DNA from: an uncultured bacterium | Lineage (GTDB): Bacteria > Abyssobacteria > SURF-5 | DNA length: 64,000 nucleotides | Reading direction: 5' to 3' | Assembly: GCA_964607485.1 (NCBI GenBank) | Contig: CAZSKP010000005.1 | Coordinates: 32,001-96,000, forward strand | Program-made: the position numbers and the translations under genes | The notes under the pieces: model-generated | Told to the model about the DNA's origin: nothing | Database searches by the model: none | The model's input: the letters and a program-made list of their open reading frames with translations, nothing else | Shown here: positions 61,128 through 64,000 of the stretch, piece by piece | How the letters are laid out: every line of letters begins with the position of its first letter | Numbering within the stretch: the first letter of the stretch is position 1

Positions 61128-62303
61128 TCATAGCCTGGCAATATCCATCGAACGATCCTGCGCAAATCCATTCAGTGCATCGAGAGATGCATCAAGAACG
61201 CTGTCGAACGCCCTCGTACCTGGTCGGAATCCTCCCCTAACGAGCGTTTCGAGCTTGGTTATGACATCTTCCAACAAGGATCTGACGGCCAGTAGTCGAT
61301 TCCTTCGCTCAGTAGCCTCGAACTGACACCATTGGCGATGTATCTCATGAAGAAAATGTCTGAAAGATTCTCCCTCCCTCCATGCGACACTGGAAGGAGT
61401 TTGCGCTGAAAGCAGAGACTCACAATGGTTGCAGATAGGACCGAAGCGACCCTTCAGCCCTCGTCGGTATGCCAAGTCTAACGCTTCTATCCTGTACTCA
61501 CTTAATGTGTCTGCATCGTAGTACCATGTCCTTCTTCTTTGTTCCTCATCTTCTGAAGGTATGTCAAATATTCCTGAGTTAAAAGAGCGAGTGTTCCTGA
61601 AATTGCCGCTTGCTAGCGTTTCAACCCCTGCCGCAGCATAGATTAAGCTCTGTTGATTTCCGTATCCCAATAGTACCCTCTTGCCCCCAAGCTCGACGCT
61701 CAGAAAACCATCCAGCAGAGAATATAAGAATAGTTCATTCGTAACTAGAAATGATGGAGACTGGATGACGAAGTAAACGCCATGAACGGGATAGTTAACA
61801 ACTTCATCGAGAACGGTATCGAACGCTTCTGTGTTTGTAACGACATCCGGGCCCAAGGAGATCGTGCTGTAAACAGGACGGTCAAGCTTCAGCTCGGGTA
61901 CGATTTGCGCGAAACCGGCCTGAGTTGCCAGCCAATCCTCATTTACTGAGTTCGTATAACGTCCGGGAAGAATGATTTCAGAGACATTCAGCGTCTCAAT
62001 CTGGTATTCAACAACTCGCTGTGCAAAAGAGCCAGCCTCACCATTGGCAAATTCTCCGCTTTCAAATTCAACACCGTTCCAGTAGGGATAATCCAAGATC
62101 TTTTCTCTTTCTGTACGTGGCTGATAGAATTGTGGATCGAACATGACGAGCCCACCAAGCTCGAGAATCTCCCTCGCATGACGCTCAATCTGCTCTCTTC
62201 GATACACCCTCGGGGATAGAATTACGCCCGATCCGGGATGAGCCCGCACAAACTCTCTGTCGAGAGGCATCATCTGGTGTCCCTGTTGTAACAAGAATCT
62301 CAT
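61128..62303 (-). CDS. Hypothetical alpha/beta-barrel protein (beta-family/TGT-like), defence candidate
   Basis: 391-aa ORF with ATGA overlap on the kinase stop. GVILSPR, FDPQFY, IILPG, CNHC...HFL. The fold is an inference. Confidence 0.7.
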   Translation of the reverse strand: MRFLLQQGHQMMPLDREFVRAHPGSGVILSPRVYRREQIERHAREILELGGLVMFDPQFYQPRTEREKILDYPYWNGVEFESGEFANGEAGSFAQRVVEYQIETLNVSEIILPGRYTNSVNEDWLATQAGFAQIVPELKLDRPVYSTISLGPDVVTNTEAFDTVLDEVVNYPVHGVYFVIQSPSFLVTNELFLYSLLDGFLSVELGGKRVLLGYGNQQSLIYAAAGVETLASGNFRNTRSFNSGIFDIPSEDEEQRRRTWYYDADTLSEYRIEALDLAYRRGLKGRFGPICNHCESLLSAQTPSSVAWREGESFRHFLHEIHRQWCQFEATERRNRLLAVRSLLEDVITKLETLVRGGFRPGTRAFDSVLDASLDALNGFAQDRSMDIARL

Positions 62304-63163
62304 CTGTCCCCCCAATCTAGAGATCGAAATTGGCTGAGAGCCATAGCGGCATTTCCAAGTCGCCGGTGAACTGTTTTCTTTAGACAAGACTTCACAAAAT
62401 CGGAAACGCTTTCCGAAAAGCCAAGTCTACTTAGCGGAACCGGTTCAGATGAGAGACAGCGCCTCATGGCCTCTGTTGCTGAAGCGTTTTCCGTAAATGG
62501 ATTGCGCCCTGTAAGACACTCATAAATAACCACACCAAGTGCAAACAAGTCAGTTCTAATGCTGATTTTCCTCTTTTCATTTCTGATTTGCTCTGGCGCA
62601 GAGTATCCTGGAGTAAGTGGGCCATACAGAGCGTAATCCGCCGTAAGGGATTTTAAATCCAAGTGTCGGGCAATTCCGAAGTCTATGAGCAGTATTCTTT
62701 CTCCTTGTCCGAACATGATGTTTTCGGGTTTTATGTCACGGTGAACTAAGGCAGCCTCCTCAACTCTTACTAACGCTTCCAAGACGTTCTCGCCAATCCG
62801 CTTGGTTTCGTCGATAGGCAGGTTCCCTTCGTGCTGAAGTCGGTCCCGCAATGAGCCGCCCTCAAGAAATTCTTCAACAAGGAACACCGCTTTGTGATCT
62901 TTGATTCTAACGCCTCCAAAATCATGCAGCTTTGCGAACCACGGGCCAGCGAGCTTGGAGGAAACCTCTATTTCTCGCAAAACTCGCTTCTCCACCTTAT
63001 CATCGTCCGTACAAATAATCTTTAGAGCCACCAAGCCCGCTTCTTTTGATAAAGCTCTAAAGACAACTTTGTATCCGCCGCGAGCTACTTCACCATCCAT
63101 AGAAAGACTAGGAAAAAGCTCTGCAGCTTCTTTGGTGCTAATGGGAAAAGCTTCTTTTATCAT
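62300..63163 (-). CDS. Standalone Hanks-type Ser/Thr protein kinase
   Basis: RGGYKVV, VALK, REIE, HRDIKPEN, DFG, TPGYSAPEQ, DLFALG. Confidence 0.95.
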   Translation of the reverse strand: MIKEAFPISTKEAAELFPSLSMDGEVARGGYKVVFRALSKEAGLVALKIICTDDDKVEKRVLREIEVSSKLAGPWFAKLHDFGGVRIKDHKAVFLVEEFLEGGSLRDRLQHEGNLPIDETKRIGENVLEALVRVEEAALVHRDIKPENIMFGQGERILLIDFGIARHLDLKSLTADYALYGPLTPGYSAPEQIRNEKRKISIRTDLFALGVVIYECLTGRNPFTENASATEAMRRCLSSEPVPLSRLGFSESVSDFVKSCLKKTVHRRLGNAAMALSQFRSLDWGDR

Positions 63164-63824
63164 TTGCTAATCCGTCAACGAGTTGTTCGTTTAGACTCCA
63201 CGCCAAATACGTGTTTCTTGGCTTTCGGCACTGCGGGGCTAGAAGGATCCGGAATGAATGGTCTTTTTCAATAACTATGAGGCCGACTTCACGCATCCTG
63301 CAACTTTCTATGACTTTCTGAAGAAACCTTTCTTTCATCCTTGGGATCAGAACATATGAATCTCCCGTAAACCAGAGATGCCGCTCGGCTTGCTCTACTG
63401 CATTCTTCCACTTCGTCAGCTTGCCTTCATAAGTTGTTATGCGCTTTATGGCAAAAACCTCGCCAAGCGGGCGAGCTCGGATACATCCATTCTTAGAGAG
63501 GACTAGTCGTCTCGACCTAAGTCTGCTTGAGATATCTTTTGCCTCACCGACCGAGCATCGTAGGTGTGCGGCGAGACTGTTTGTCTTGGTCCAACGTCTT
63601 CTTGTAAGTATTTGCATGGCATAAGCGCACGCTTGCGAGAAGTCTGGCATTCCTTTCCTCAAAGATCGTACCCGTCTTGAAATAACGCTCTTCTTATATT
63701 CGACTACCAACACATCCGGACGGCCATAGCGGGTATCAGCCTCTTGCTCCATCCAAATGCTTTTCCCTTTGCCGGTCTCCAAATTCTTCTTAAGGCATGA
63801 TGTGAAGCAATCTACCAACTCCAT
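63138..63824 (-). CDS. PD-(D/E)xK nuclease-like protein with internal winged helix
   Basis: E...GRPDV...YEGKL..W..A..QA...SYV...VGL. Overlaps the kinase by 26 nt. Confidence 0.7.
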   Translation of the reverse strand: MELVDCFTSCLKKNLETGKGKSIWMEQEADTRYGRPDVLVVEYKKSVISRRVRSLRKGMPDFSQACAYAMQILTRRRWTKTNSLAAHLRCSVGEAKDISSRLRSRRLVLSKNGCIRARPLGEVFAIKRITTYEGKLTKWKNAVEQAERHLWFTGDSYVLIPRMKERFLQKVIESCRMREVGLIVIEKDHSFRILLAPQCRKPRNTYLAWSLNEQLVDGLANDKRSFSH

Positions 63825-64000
63825 CTCACTCCGCCAAATCATATCACGAACCTTTCATTGCTCAAGTCTATATACGCTTAACTTCCATTATTATACCACA
63901 AACCAACGCTGACAAGTCTGAACTCAGCCAAGAAAAGGCAGGATGCCCTATATCTTGTCTTGACCTTGACCCCTTTACCATTCTAATTTCGAGGGTGTGC

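Noticed and set aside
61110-64000. Prophage or integrative element boundaries around the low-GC cassette
   Set aside because: No integrase, tRNA or direct repeat is visible. The other boundary may lie beyond the window.

Overview
A gene-dense, fairly GC-rich (about 60% by eye) chromosomal segment. Its content suggests an anaerobic diderm bacterium: AOR-family oxidoreductase, CCG Fe-S protein, sigma54 activators, porin, lipoproteins and PilT. It carries about 50 CDSs for signalling (GGDEF, two NtrC-type regulators, HDOD/kinase/PP2C cluster, ECF sigma/anti-sigma, a 7-PAS kinase with a NarL/UvrY-type regulator), metabolism and housekeeping (sirtuin, Lon-like protease, hflX, carB, rarA), plus a Ni/Co uptake operon. 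I saw no rRNA, tRNA, CRISPR array or transposase. Two items stand out. (1) Inside the Ni/Co operon, directly after a CooT-family gene, a non-coding element forms three hairpins with the same ACGAA loop, one of which is mutually exclusive with a U8 terminator. This looks like a protein-dependent metal-sensing attenuator. (2) At the right end, a lower-GC, tightly coupled three-gene cassette (PD-(D/E)xK nuclease with winged helix, Ser/Thr kinase, putative TGT-like barrel protein) looks like an uncharacterised defence system. All family assignments come from reading motifs by eye; no database searches were run.
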